64,000 nucleotides of DNA from Dimorphilus gyrociliatus (Eukaryota > Animalia > Annelida). The position numbers were made by a program, and so were the translations under genes. The stretch lies in NCBI GenBank assembly GCA_904063045.1, contig CAJFCJ010000020.1, positions 488,916 to 552,915 of the forward strand. The letters are read 5' to 3'. A model generated the notes under the pieces. That model was not told where the DNA came from and made no database searches. It saw only the letters and a list, made by a program, of their open reading frames with translations. Shown here one piece after another: positions 47,394 through 61,594 of this stretch; the first letter of the stretch is position 1, and every line of letters starts with the position of its first letter.

Positions 47394-49648
47394 ATGGCTG
47401 AAGAGGATAATGATTTATATATGTACGAGTCCCCTATGGGTAAGATATCGCTTACTGGTCGACAATATGCTGTTAATTTATTTCTCAAGCCAAAACTGGA
47501 AAGAGGTAGTTCATTTCTTATTAAAGATCATGTAGATAATGTTGGAGGATTGAGAAAAGTTCAAGAAAAGAAGAAATTATACAACAATGAAGAACACCAT
47601 AGTGATGACGGATGTCTTACTGATTTAGAGGAAGAGGGTAACAGTTTTATTTACGTTTTTATTATTGTTGTTTGGTTTCAACAAATTGATATACAGTATA
47701 GTATAATATCTATATTTGTCTTTAAATAGAAAAGAAGCCGAAATCAGCTGACTTACACGGAAATAAAGTTTATCTTAAGAGCTGCAAAAAACTTGGAATT
47801 AGACCGCTAAAGTCCGTTTGTAAAAGCCTAAATACGAAGAAATTATCAGTTAAAAGAAGAGGATTAAATTCACATCATATCTTAGCAATATGTAACGCCT
47901 TAGTAGTAAGTACTGCCTTTGTTTTGTTTCAATTATTTTCATTCTTTACTCAATTATGTTAAGGATAACAAAACAGTTGAAAATTTGGTGCTTGAAGATA
48001 ATTACTTGAATGACAAAAGCGTTCAATACGTATGCATGCTACTCTGCGATAATAATACGATAAGAGAATTAGTTAGTATTCTAAAAGTGAATTTCTTTCA
48101 TAACTGATGTTTATTTTTAATTAATTATTTTTAGAATCTTTGTGAAAATCAGGTAACAACTTCCGGTTTTCATTATGTATCAGATATGTTATCGATAAAT
48201 AGAACAATAACGTACCTTAATTTGAGTGGTTTGTAGAAATTTCTAAGAGAATTGAAATATGATAAGCATGTTAACATATTAAAGTATTTTGTTAATGTTA
48301 CACAGGAAACAATCTTGGCGAAAGTGACGCTGATCTCTTATCAAATTTATTATCGGTTAGTCCTAATTAATTATTTAAATAATTTTGAATATTTTTGAAT
48401 ATTAAAAACGTATTAATTTAATAAAAAACAGAAGACTAAAACTGTGAAATCTTTAATATTAAGTCGGAATAATTTTGGTGATGTTACTTGCAAAACGATT
48501 AGCGAACCTCTAAGTTCAAATGAAAGTTTACGAATATTCGATTTTAGTTGGAACAAGTTTAGACCGATGGGTGGAGCCTTTTTAGCCAATGCTCTCAAAG
48601 TTGTTAAAATATTAATGTTAAATCAATCCATATTTCATTAACAATCGTCAATTTTTTTATTATTGCTTTTGTTAGAGAAACATTTTTCTAACGGTTCTAA
48701 ATTTGGAGATGAACGGCTTATCGTTCTTTGGAACAAATATACTATCAGATGCTCTTGTGGAGAATGATACACTTGTTGAATTAAACCTTAACTCTAATAG
48801 AATATTTGATTCGAGTGCAGCATCTCTTAGTAAAATTCTCTTAAAGAATAGTTCATTAAGGATTCTTCGAGTAATTCTTATTATTCTTCAGTAATATTCA
48901 TTTGTTATTTAATCAAGTATATCTTTCTTTTCAGTTACGAAATAATCCACTAACTACTGTAACGGTAATTTCAATGTTGAATGCAATAAAACGTAACGAA
49001 GATAGTCAACTTTGTCTTCTTGACATAGGGGTAAATCTTTTTCGAACTATTTACCTAATTCCAGAAATAAGATATTTGTTTCTAGACCTTACATATATAT
49101 AAAGAAGCTTACGGTCTTATCGAGGAATTAGAAAACGCCAAAGCAGATTTTGTGCTTCATTATGGAGGCTTAATTGGTTCGTCAACTGACTATGGTATCT
49201 ATTATCTTTCCTTCGATCTACCTTAATCTCTAACGATTATTCCTTTCTATCTTTAGGAGAAAAAGATATAGAATTAATGCAGGCAAAGAATCCCTTAACT
49301 ATTCTTAAAGAGTACATTACATCCAAAGGTCTTCGACTTATAGATTTTTTTAAGCAATTAGATGCTGATGGATCCCAAAGCGTTTCTAGAAAAGAATTTG
49401 TTGATGGTTTAAAAGCGATAAATGTTCCATTAACAGACGCTCAACTGGATCATTTAATAAAGACATTGGATAGAGACGGGGATGGAGAAATTGATTTTGG
49501 GTAATGTTACGCAGTCTTTCTTTTATAGTATTTGAGACTTAAACTCTTTTATCCTGTAATCAGTGAATTAATGCAAGGGGATAGAGAACACAGAAAGAAA
49601 CAAAGAGAATTAGAGAAGAGGAAGAAAAAAAACAGCCGAGTTACGTAA
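47394..49648 (+). CDS. LRRC74: Leucine-rich-repeat protein, LRRC74-like, with C-terminal EF-hand pair
   Basis: Many short exons encoding ribonuclease-inhibitor-type LRRs (LVLEDNYL, LILSRNNFG, FDFSWNKF, LNLNSNRI). N-terminal YLKSCKKLGIRP. EF hands DADGSQSVSRKEF and DRDGDGEIDFGE. Confidence 0.8.
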
Positions 49649-49730
49649 TAAATAACAATAAATAGCAATATAATTAAAGACTTAAATGACTTTTATAATA
49701 AATTTATTTCTGATATGAATTTCTTTTCCC

Positions 49731-52700
49731 TTATTGTTGACGTATCAGAATTATTATAGTTGAAAGGACAATATATAGAGTACAAGGAATGTTTTGATTT
49801 GCCGAAGATTGAGGAGGCGGTGTCTTAAGGCTAGTCTCCCTACTCTTTCTTCCTGAATTATGGCTTCTGAAAGATATACGATGGTATAAATTAATTTATA
49901 CAGTATATTATATATTATAGCCTATATTACCCAGTGACCAAGGTTATAGTTTTATCATTTTTGACCTGAATATTTTCCTTGTATAGCTGCAAATTTTCAT
50001 CTCCTTGTTTAAACATGATTGGCATTCCCGGAAAGGTTGTTCTAGCTTTTAATTTAGCACCATCAACTCTATTTACGGATTTTTTTAAAAGCCAATTAAA
50101 TATGTTAAAATACATATTGGATAGTATTTACTTAGCTCCTGGAACGTTCAAATAATAATGAATATTCATTTTGTCTAATCTCTTTAATTCTTTGTTTCCA
50201 AGAGCATGAGCAAATTCTGACCAATCCTCTTTTCTTTTCTTTTCTTCATCCTTGACATTTTCTTGTTCCCAATCAGCTTTGTGCCATGCTCTCTCGGCTA
50301 AAGCTAAAAGCCTTGGATAGAGCATGGAATGTAATTGATTAGACGTTCTTATGGTTTCACTCCAAACGTGCCCTTGCATTCCTGATTGTTGTTTTAAGAT
50401 ATTCATGAGTAGAAGAGAGGAAAATCAATTAAATTAATTTAATACATCTTACCAACGATGTTTTCGGGTTTTGTTAAATTGACACATACTCCATTTTGAC
50501 AGAATTGATCCTTAACAATAGGGTCACCATTTCTATTAACATCTATGTTATCGTAAACGCTATCAGGTCTGAAAGCAAACACTTTATCGATTGGGGTGTA
50601 TCTAGTTGCCCAATAAAATCCTCTCTCCTCTGGATCAGGTTCATTAGGATGGTCAAAATAAAGATGAGTAGCATGAGACAAAACTACACTATAATTACTA
50701 TTCGCAAACACGTAGGTTCTAAATTAATTTCAATTTAGATACAAATTAAAACCTTAAATGGATAATAATTTAATTTACATACAAATTTGCTTTTCCGAAT
50801 TCCCATATGTTGTCCCATAAATAAGCATAAATCTTCTCATTTGCAAGATCGTCCTTAGGAAAAGGTTTAACGCCATCTATTAAACCATCCTGCCACGCAG
50901 CCAAATCTAAATTCTCATTTTTTACAATTTCAGAAACCTTTTGCATAAATATTTTCTTTAGTTCAACGTTTGTTGTGTTTGGATATTTCTCTTTGCAGAT
51001 TTTAGAGCCGATCCAAGCTGATTTAGCAACTTCATCTCCACCGATATTGAACACTTTTAAGGGTTGAATATTTTGATGTAATCTTTTCACTTCTTCCACA
51101 ACTTTTGCAACAAATGCATAAGTTGAATTTATACAGGGATTAACTGCATTATCCTTATAATATTGAACTGATAGGTATTCAGAAGTATCATCGGGATCTG
51201 ATAAGGCATAGGTTAAGTGATTCTTTAGGGACTGAATAGCGGCATGGCAATGGCCAGGCATATCAAATTCAGGAATAACTTCTATATGCCTCTCTTTGGC
51301 ATATGTTAAAATATCCTTATATTCGTCGACGGTATAATATCCAGAACCCGATGACGAAGATGTTGGTCCCGACCCAAATTGAGGACTTATACAATCAGCA
51401 AAATTTTTGGAATGGCATCTTTTAGCACCTTTGTCAGTAATTTCGGGAATACCGGGTATTTCCAATCTCCATCCCTCATCGTCAGTTAAATGGAAATGAA
51501 ATTTATTTAGTTTATACATAGCCATTGTCTCCAAAATAGTTTTAATTGTTTGAACGTCGTGAAAGTTCCTAGAAACATCGAGGTGAAGTCCCCTATAGGG
51601 GTACCTGGGTCCATCTGCCAGATGCAATGCAGGTATCCTCCCACGTTTTTCGTTTTCGGCTATTTGTTTTTAAGAAGAAATCATTTGTTCTTAGTGCATT
51701 TACTATTATTAATGTTGAAATTTTAAAAAGTCAGAACTAAAAAGCGCCATCTCTATTCTAAACAGAAAACTAAATACTCTTACCCTTATAACTTTCCAGT
51801 ATGCTTATCAACGTTTGAACACCATGAAATATACCAACAGGCTCATCACTAATAATGCTGATGAGCAGCTTGTCAGGATCGACGATTAGGCCATAAGATT
51901 CCTTTCTTTCAAGTGAGGGACTCACCATGAAAGGAAACTTGGTGAATTCAATGTAGAAAGATGATATTCCAATATTATTATTCAGAACTTTCATATTCAA
52001 TTTCTCTGTTTAAAAACATAAATAGTCAATTGTATTATTTATTAAGTAGGTCATTAAAGTTACTGTCTTACTCGATAAATAGTTAGCTTCGTTTTGAAAT
52101 TCGTTATGTGTATTTACGATAACCCATTCATCATTCTCCAAATTAATTTCACCTTCGAGTATCTTATGTTGGTATGGAGTTGGTATTACTATTTTTCCCT
52201 TTGTTCCTTTGTTGTCAATATAGTTGTCAAATCTTTTAGCGGCATTAAAAGGGTCATATTTATCTTGAGTAGATCTTTTCCATTTTTCTGGCTTGTCAAA
52301 AGGTCCAGTAAAAGTTAAATCTTCATTGATAGTAGAATGTATAGTTCTAGGTAATAAATTCTCGTTGACAACATACCAATTAGGCATGTTATCGGTTCTA
52401 GCTACAAGCCAAAGTCTTGGTTTAAATTTTAAACTTATCTGACTATTTGATTGTAGAATATAATTTATATTTTTTTGTTTAATAAGATAAAGACTGCCGT
52501 CGATATGATCCAGTTCTAAGTCAATGTTTGGAATATTATGCGTAAAATTTTGTTTTGTAATTAATCGAACATGACTAAAATATAAATGCCATGTTCCACT
52601 TATATTTTGCATTCCATCATTCTTCAATATAATTTCTGCATCGAAGGTATTGGGAGGTCTATTATCTTTAACGTTATATGTAACTTTGACGTTGGTAGCA

Positions 52701-52884
52701 AAGTAGTCTATTCCTTTTTGTTCAAGAGTTGTTAAACTTAAATTTATGTTGAAGAGAGCTAAAATATTACAAAATATGCATTTTATTATTAGTATTAGCT
52801 ATAACCATTAGCAATAGATAGTGTACTGTATTTATAGATTATATAATTGTATACCTTACCTAGAAAGATCAGTAGACAATACAT
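49731..52884 (-). CDS. Beta-N-acetylhexosaminidase, GH20 chitobiase type, with signal peptide and probable GPI signal
   Basis: MYCLLIFLALF signal peptide and N-terminal WHLYFSHVR domain. Catalytic-domain motifs DGPRYPYRGLHLDVSRNFH, FHFHLTDDEGWRLEI, PEFDMPGH, IGGDEV and GMQGHVWSE. The last exon (about 49870-49731) ends SSANQNIPCTLYIVLSTIIILIRQQ*. Confidence 0.93.
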
Positions 52885-54833
52885 GTTGACAAATACCAGA
52901 ATCTTCTGTACGAAATATGTTTATATATATACTATATATGTGTACAAATACTGATAAAAGAACAGAAAACTTGAGAAAGAGTTGTTAAGTTTATTCTTAT
53001 CTCAGATACCTTTTTTATTGGAATGTGATTGCTTAGACAAAAAATAAATACTTTAGTCGTTTCTTTAGCTATTTACTCCATTCCAATATCTCTCTATCTC
53101 TCTCTTTCTTCCCTTCTGCTCGTCCTACAACCCTTAAACCATTGTATATCGTTCATTAAATCTCCTCTTTATTAGTTATCATAACATTTAATAGTCGAAA
53201 AGCGTTTTACCAACAAAACTAGTTTTATGTTTTATTAAGGTTTACAAATAAATATCGTATGCATATTTTGTTTCATCAATTCTCCCTAACCTGCAATAAC
53301 ATAGCGCATTCTATTTAAATTATTATAATATAATTCAATAAAGATTGAATGTGTAGTAGATTCCAGATAACTTTTACGAACAATTTTCGGAATTTTTTTA
53401 GATGTAAGCCTAATAATATATAATATAGCATTTTTTAACCAGTTGAACATTATGTTAATAAGCTTAAGATGAGAGACGGTTGTTTTTCTTTGTAAGTAAT
53501 CTTTTAGAATACTTGATTTATTAGATGACATTTTGAACTGTAATGTACCACATTAAATAAAATTGTATTCACCTACCTTAGTGACTTTCCTGTATAGCTA
53601 AGCAGGCTAAGGACGATACTTTATGGCCAAAAAAATTTCTTTTCATAGTATCAATGCTATATACCTTTTTCTAATATAACTTTTGTTGATATGAATATAT
53701 TGGTGAGAATTCTTTGTATAGCATTTTACAATCTATCAGAACCTCATAAAAGAGATCTGATGTGAATAATGGGGCTTGAGGAAGTTTAATTCCCTGTTCA
53801 CTCATAAATTAATTTTAAATTATGTACTAATTAATTTGTTTATAATTAATTATTGCTTCTATTCAACTCTGTTAATTAAGTTGTATTACTATAAAAATAG
53901 TAAACTACAATATTCAATTTCAAACGTTACTACACTTTAATACTTCATCATTTAACTTATTTATTAATAGGAATGCTAATTTTTACGAGTTGAACATAAT
54001 CTCATTTTATCTGAAAGATATGTAATAAACTAGAAAATATTGATAACAAAAATTTTAATGCCACCAACGTGAATGTTTAAATCGGCTTTCTCTTTTTCAT
54101 TTATCTCTTTTATGTTTTATTTAAGAGTAAATTAAAAACACTTTTTTTAATGCAATACATACAGATATATAGATAGAGTATTAAATGAAAATCTGTAAAA
54201 TATAGATTAAATAAATAGAAATAGAGTAGATAAAAAGGATATCATGAAATTATGCTTTAGCTATTATGATTATATAATTTTCATCCGTCATAGTCGAGTC
54301 TTCTTATTGACAATTGCAGTTTTTTACAGTTTTTAAAAACTATTTTTTCTTTAGTAAAGTATTATTATTATTGATCATATTTAAAACTAAAAAGATGAAA
54401 GTCATTAATCGAAACTGCAACAATATATTGAAATAAATACGCTTTGATGAATAGTTTACAATACTGTTTCTATCTACTAAAATTGTCATAGTTGGCAAGC
54501 CTTTCAATATTATCGTGAAGGGACATAAAAATAATTAATAAATGCACATTTGTATTTAGAAAGTTCACATTTTATTCTATTCAGACTTTCTATCTAACAA
54601 TATATGTTCTTGGTATAAAATAAAAACATAGAAAATAAGTTGATTAGTTTTACCTAAGAGCCTTGAACATAAAAAAAACTTTGAAATATTTTCTTTAAAT
54701 GCCTTCACTTTTTACTTTTGGTCTTTGTAAGTTAAGGTACGAATCTTTAGTTAAACGTTTCAAAAGAAAATTGATTAAATACTATATTATATATATTGCT
54801 GTCTTGAATTGTCTGTAATGGAACGCCAAGAAT

Positions 54834-55665
54834 TTATTTGACTTCTGTTAAGTTTTTCTTTTGATTATTCTCAAAAGTTAAATCCTCCAGGCAACCCTCT
54901 TCACCTTCTTCTGTAGAGGTATCAACTCCCATTGGAACAGCTGTGTGCGGTTGAGCATTTATTCCAACAGATATATTTTCAATGTCACCTTTCGGATGCG
55001 CTCTACTGTCTCTAACATCACTAGAAGCAACTGTTGATTGATCATCACCATTATCATTATTATTAAAGTCTGTAAAACCTAATATTTCGTAAGCGCTGTC
55101 GATGTGTATTGATTTTATAAGTTTTTCATCTACACCTTCCCTAGGTTTCTTTCTTCTAAGTTTAACGCCTGGATCGATAGGCACATCCTCTATGGAAAAT
55201 GCTTCGTTAAATTTGCTCCAGTCATGGTTGGCAAGTCTTTCAATATAATTTGAAACATGGATATCGGAATAAGTTTGTGTTTCCTAATAGAAGAAAATGA
55301 TCATTAATAGTTTTACCCTATTTATCACAAAATTACATGTATTTAAATATGTAGAGTAAAACATTATATATATATATAAATACAGTATAGAGAGATATAA
55401 AAAAAACATTGAAAAATATAACTAAATACATATACTGTATATACAAACGGTATAATCAATAGAAGTATAACTACAACTAGCTACTCCTCTTTTGAATCAT
55501 ACAAAATTCAGTTTGCATTCTAAAAGAGAAGGAGATTTTTAGTTATCTCTGTTTGCGAGCTAAAGATTGATGTTTTTTAATAATACTTCCTTTTTCGTCT
55601 ACTTCTCTGGTTAACGGTTGAACTTTTGAATCATGAACTCCAAAACATGCCAACAAACAGCTCAT
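54834..55665 (-). CDS. Uncharacterised ~180-aa protein beginning MSCLLACFG
   Basis: Model: exons 55665-55587, 55519-55503 (17 nt) and 55283-54834, in phase with GT-AG introns of 67 and 219 nt. No domain recognised. Confidence 0.5.
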
Positions 55666-55860
55666 TGCCTATAAAGCTTTACTAAAACTGACTATCCTTT
55701 AAAATTATTCTATAAAGTATGCAGCTTAGTAGAGCAACTAATAGTAAAAGGCCGATAGTCAATACTAGGTTGCCACACAATTCACTTGACTGGTATAAGT
55801 ATTTATAGATTTCTAGTTTTTATAAAATGTCCATTAGATGTCGCTAAGATATCTATATCC

Positions 55861-55900
<40 letters not shown>

Positions 55901-58900
55901 TCTAAGCGGAGAATAACTCGATGTTTACTAAAGTTTATAAGATAAAATAAACTCCATTAATATGCAAATGAGTTTTAAAAATTTATACACAATTTTCTTT
56001 CTAAAATTGATTGATTGTCTATTAAAAAGACAAGTTAGAATATGGAAAAAAAAGAAAACTAAAAGTAAAAGATCATAATAATTAACATTAAGTAGAAAGT
56101 TCGTAACAAACAAAATTATTAATGAATACTCTTCGATAGCTATTAGAATCATAATCGGTTAATTGCCACTTGATCAACTTAGATCAAAGTAACGCGAATA
56201 ATATAGCACCATTATATATACATATTAGCACCTAATAGATTATAACGTATACCTTAATAACGTATTCACCTTTTTTACAAAGGACTTTTAAGGATTAATG
56301 AAGAAATCCTTTAACTTTGCCTTCTCGCTCGTTTCTGTTTTTTAAAAAATAGTTTATATTTCTTAACTACTCGAAATATTCTTAAAACAGAAATTAAAGA
56401 TTAAGGAAAATTGAAAAATGGTTCTTTCGTCTTTCTGTAGTTTCTTCTTCATCTGCTTCAACCACTTGTTCTACTTCTTCTTTAAATGATTACTTGAATG
56501 ATAACTTTAATGATCTTGATTACATGTGTTAACAAATAATTAAATTTTCCCCTTAGATGTCAAACTGTTCTAAACAGTGCTCAAAAACCCTACAAGACAC
56601 CTGCACTCGGAGCGTCTGTCTAGCGGCTCAGACCGTCTGATTGGAACTTAATTAGATACCGTAACTAATTACTTGCCATTCTTTTGTTACACCATTTAGT
56701 ATCCTTTAAGGTTTACAAGTTAGTCAGACGTCGTTTAGTAAGCCATAAGTAAGCATTCTCGTCATTTTCGTTCCTCCAAAATATTTTTCTTATAGTTGAC
56801 CTACATTGAAGAAACAGCGACTTCAATGCGGTCAAAATGGCGTCTACTGAGCAACTTTTACCTGGATATACTAAATTAAATAATCTGGTAAGATCTCTAA
56901 CTAAATTAAGTTGTTACTAAATTATCATAGAACAATCGTATCTTGATTAGAATTAGAATTTCATTTAAATAAATGAAAACTTCGTATAAAATTCATTCAC
57001 TTGTTTACATTTCAAAATTCAATTTAATACAATTCAATTCTTGCGAATTTCTTTGTTAATTAAACAAGAGAATATCTATATTTTTAAAAATGAAATATTT
57101 ACCTATAATCTTTAGATAGCTTATTCTTTAGATTTTTCTTTTTTTTAGTTAAATTCAAATCTAGGATAAATCTTTCATTTTTTGACTGTTAAAGTTGCTT
57201 ATAGTTTGTGATTGGTAGAATACTGGAATTCTATGCCATATAATCTATATTCGAGAATAGAAGACAATGCAGATATTTTTATAAATCTATAAATTATTTT
57301 ACCAATTTAAATATATTAAGGGAAAAATGGAGAAAGAAATCCTGTACGTACCTGCTCGAATATGTTTACCAGTTACCGTTGGAATTATGGAGATTTGAAT
57401 ACCAAATCTTTATAAAAAATAACGAATAAAGATGAGATAAGAACATATATTAATTGATGTTAAAATAATTTATTTATTTATATTGTTGTAAACAAAGATT
57501 TAAAGTTAATTGTAAAGGAAAATCAATTTAGTTACGGTTTATCTATTATCCATCTGCCTGTACCTTTACATTCAATTACATTGAAGATGTCCTACTTGAA
57601 TTTTATGAATACTATATAACGTCTTGATGTTTTTAACAGGTTGGAAAAAATTATATATATAATATTAGGATATACTTTGCTAATTTCACCGATAAATTCG
57701 TTGCTTGACAAGGAAAATTTGGAAAAAAAGTTACCTTCTCTCTAAAATGTCAAGTGCATCTGACCTATTAACCTAATTTTGAAAAAGGAATATCTACCTC
57801 TTTTCTTAAACATTGGACAACAGTTCATATGGAAAAAAGAAGGGAAATACTATAAATCTTAATAAAAATAAGCAACTGTATTATACTTAACAAAGAGAAA
57901 ATGAAGAAGAAAAATACCTTAATCAGAGATGAAAAAAAATTGAGAATTAAGGTAAATATCACAATTTCTATTTCATAATAAGAAGAGAGAAACCGTTTAA
58001 AAGATGTCAAACTTTTAATAAAAACCAAACAACAGCAGTACAAGTAGTAATAACAACAATAACAACAGCAAAATATCTATAAAATAAACATAAAAAAATA
58101 GTAGAACTATAGTTCTCTTTTCTGCTTTTTCTTCTTTCACCTTCGTCAGATTCATCCATATTAAAGAATTTTGCGTGCAATAAGAAATTAACGTTTCATT
58201 GGCAAGTGTGCTTAATTAGGTTTAAAATTGAAAATGAGATCTTGTAATTGTGACATTATAATTGCGCTTTTTTTATCCTTTTTAGTTTTCAAATCAATCT
58301 TATCGAATTATCCTTTAAACAGAAGAGAGAGAGGGAGGGAGAAGTTCTTAAATTATCTTAACTTTTTACATACATTTACAAACATAGTGTATAATTCATA
58401 CAAACCAAAGAACCATATTCAACTAAGAACTATTTAAATAATATAGAATAAGTACGTTAACGTTTAAAAGTTTAGTAATGCTTTCCTAACATTTTCAATA
58501 CTTTGTAACCTATAATTTATAATAATAAGATACATTTTAAGACATTTCTTTCTATACTGTTATTACTTCGTGTGACATTTGTTAGTGTTGGTTAGATGAA
58601 ACAATGTTAGCATAATACAGTAATTGATACGTTAGGCAAAAGTTATATATTTGTTTAATATGATAAATAAACAAGTTTTGTTTTTTAAAAAACAATAACT
58701 TTAATACGACAACTAGCGATACTTTCTTTTGACTAATTTATTAATTAATTGATTAAATCAACTACAAAAGAAAGTAATTTAAATGCTTTATTCTGTTAAA
58801 GAGAAAGAGATTTTAAAATAGATAAAATAGGAATGTAACGGCGGCCGAAAATGTCCGCTCAATGAGTTTTTCAGTCTCTTTGCTATGAAATTTAATCGCT

Positions 58901-60044
58901 TCGTTCTCTTGTAATTTTTTTGTGAAAACTCAATCCTTTAATGTTTTCTATTACGGAATTATACGTTACGAAAAGTATTTAGTAAATTAAAGATATGTTA
59001 CCAAAGCCTATAGGTCAAAGAAGTAGAAATAGGATATTATTAAGGTGAGATAGTATATTTTTTGATAATATACCGGCTAATTGAATGATAATGTGTTTTA
59101 TTCGGATATTTAGGTAAAAAATGAATAGAGACAATATCATTTGCAAAGGGAATAAAAGGAAATTTTAGAGAAACTGAAGTTACTTATCTAAAAAAAGTTT
59201 TATAAAAACCCTATTAAATATGCATAAATCTGCTACGGGTACTGATTTAGTTGGATTTAAATATCGATTATATAAGTGAACAAACTAGATTTAAGCTATA
59301 AGCAAACCAATTAAAAACGTAGCCGAGTAATCAACAAATACATGGCCGAGTTTACAATATAGATCAGATAATCATCAAGATAATACGGCTAGGAAATGTA
59401 ATTTCCTCTCCCGTTCATTTCGTAGCTTGTCCATTCTTCACGTAAGGCGTCGCTATTGCGTAATTTGATGGCGAACACGCAGAGATCTGATGAGGAGCTA
59501 CTGTCGATTACATAATGACCTATATTCTAAGGAACACTTTATTAAATAAAACGTCTCGGCCCCCCAATATAAAACCGATCGCGGGAGCGATATAGAACAT
59601 TAAATGCAAGAGGAGTTTAAGTAAGAGAAGCCCTCAATTTCTAATCAATTCACTCTAGCTTAAATCACTAAGGAAACTGTCAGAATAACTTAAACGACAG
59701 AGTTTGTTTAACAACATACACTCTTTCAACTATTGAAAGGCAGAGTGCTATTCAAATTAGGAAAGAAATGGCGCATAATTAATTACCTGATTATCGTTCA
59801 ATAAGAACACTCCACAAGTGACAACTCGCTTTATAAGGCACTCTACTCGGACAATTTTGCCAGTACTTTTGATCGACTTGGTCCAACGTTAAAGAAATAT
59901 TATTATCGAATTACAGCGAATTAGCTCTTTAGTAATCATTATATGCTATTTTTTTTCTATTTTTTAAAAAAATAGTAATAAAACATTTAAGGAAACAAGA
60001 AGGAAAGAGAACAATAAAAAAAAGAACAATAAAAATTACTTATT

Positions 60045-61222
60045 ATGACTTCGAACTGCAAGAGATTTTCGTTGTTCAGCATCGATTCTATTCTTGGTAA
60101 TTCTCAATCAAATAAACAACAACAACAGATAAATCGAGAAGAAGAGGAAGAAGAGAATGATGTAGAAATTAGCGAGGAAATAGCAGAAGGAAATATTGAA
60201 AAGATTTCGGATAATAAGTTTTCAGCTATAAATCATCTTACCTTCAAGTTACCAGCTATGACGCCTCTTGAAGAATTGACCTATTTACGGATGACAACTT
60301 CAATTTTACCAGCTTCTAAATCTTTTTCAATAACCCATACGGATGGTTAGATCTTAATAATATTTTTTTATTTAATATCAAAACTTTATTATTCTTATTA
60401 TTCATTTCTTTTAAGTACTTTTATTATTATTATTAACACTTATATGGCGTAAATTATCCTCTTTTCAAACCATTTTCCTCTTGATTTTCTGCTAATTTAA
60501 GCCTTTTATTATTTTCAAAAAAATAACACAGAAGTTGGAAGTAAGATCTTTATGAATTCGCAATACGATTCAATGTGTTCAAGAGTAAGCCGTAGACGTA
60601 AAGCCCGTACAGGTTGGTTGAGTAGTTTCTCATTTCCCTTTTGAATTAATAAAATCAATTGGCTGAATGAAGACTAATCTATTATTTTCTTATCCTTTCT
60701 AAATTTTATCTAGTGTTCTCCGACGAGCAGTTGGCCGCTTTAGAGAAGCGGTTTATCTCTCAAAGATACCTGTCAACACCCGAAAGATATGAATTGGCAA
60801 CAGATCTAAGTCTAACAGAAACTCAAGTTAGTTCTAAAAACTAGTAATAATCTTAATGTAAACTATTTATAGTAAATATCTAAGCCGGAAGTACATACAA
60901 TGTTTGAAAACTTCACACTCCTTCAAACGGCAATCGACTTGTCTAACACCCTCTTACGTAATTACTGTTAATTAGGGTTATATTGTTGATCACGTATACG
61001 TGTAACGCTTGGAAACTAAAAGAAATAACGTAACGAATTCGTGTTGTACATTTAGATATAGTAACATTAAATTAAAACCTATCATTTTTATATATTTTTC
61101 AGATAAAGACATGGTTTCAGAACCGTCGAATGAAATATAAGAAAGTCATGAATAAGGATAAGACTTCCCTCAAACGTCAGATTTGTGTTATTGATGAAGA
61201 TAGCGAAATAGAAATAGATTGA
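60045..61222 (+). CDS. Bsx: Brain-specific homeobox (Bsx/bsh), NK-class homeodomain with eh1 motif
   Basis: Exons 60045-60345, 60532-60612, 60714-60826, 61103-61222. Homeodomain [59 protein letters not shown] matches the Bsx signature. N-terminal FSIDSIL. Confidence 0.92.
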
Positions 61223-61594
61223 TAACTTTATGTATTATACTGTATTCATATATATAAATTTATATATACTTAATTATTTAAACTTATCGTATTCTTCCTC
61301 TTTCGTATTATCATGTCATTCTGTCTCACGAATTGAAAGTTAGAAGAACTCTTATTAGTTTAATAATTTGATACTTTTTTCTAGTTTCCTAAGATAGATA
61401 CTCTTATTGTTTTTAGATTAAATTATGGTATATATATATATATATATATCTATATTAATAAATAAATTTTTTTATATTCAATTAATTCATTTGAATTCGT
61501 GTAAAAAAAATAAAAAAAAACAAAAATACTCTCATTGTTCCGCAATGTTTTTTTGTAAAACAGAAATAAGGTAATAGTAATAAGGCTTTTGTAA

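Noticed and set aside
49731-52884. Bacterial contamination or very recent HGT for the chitobiase
   Set aside because: It has multiple canonical short introns and host-like base composition.
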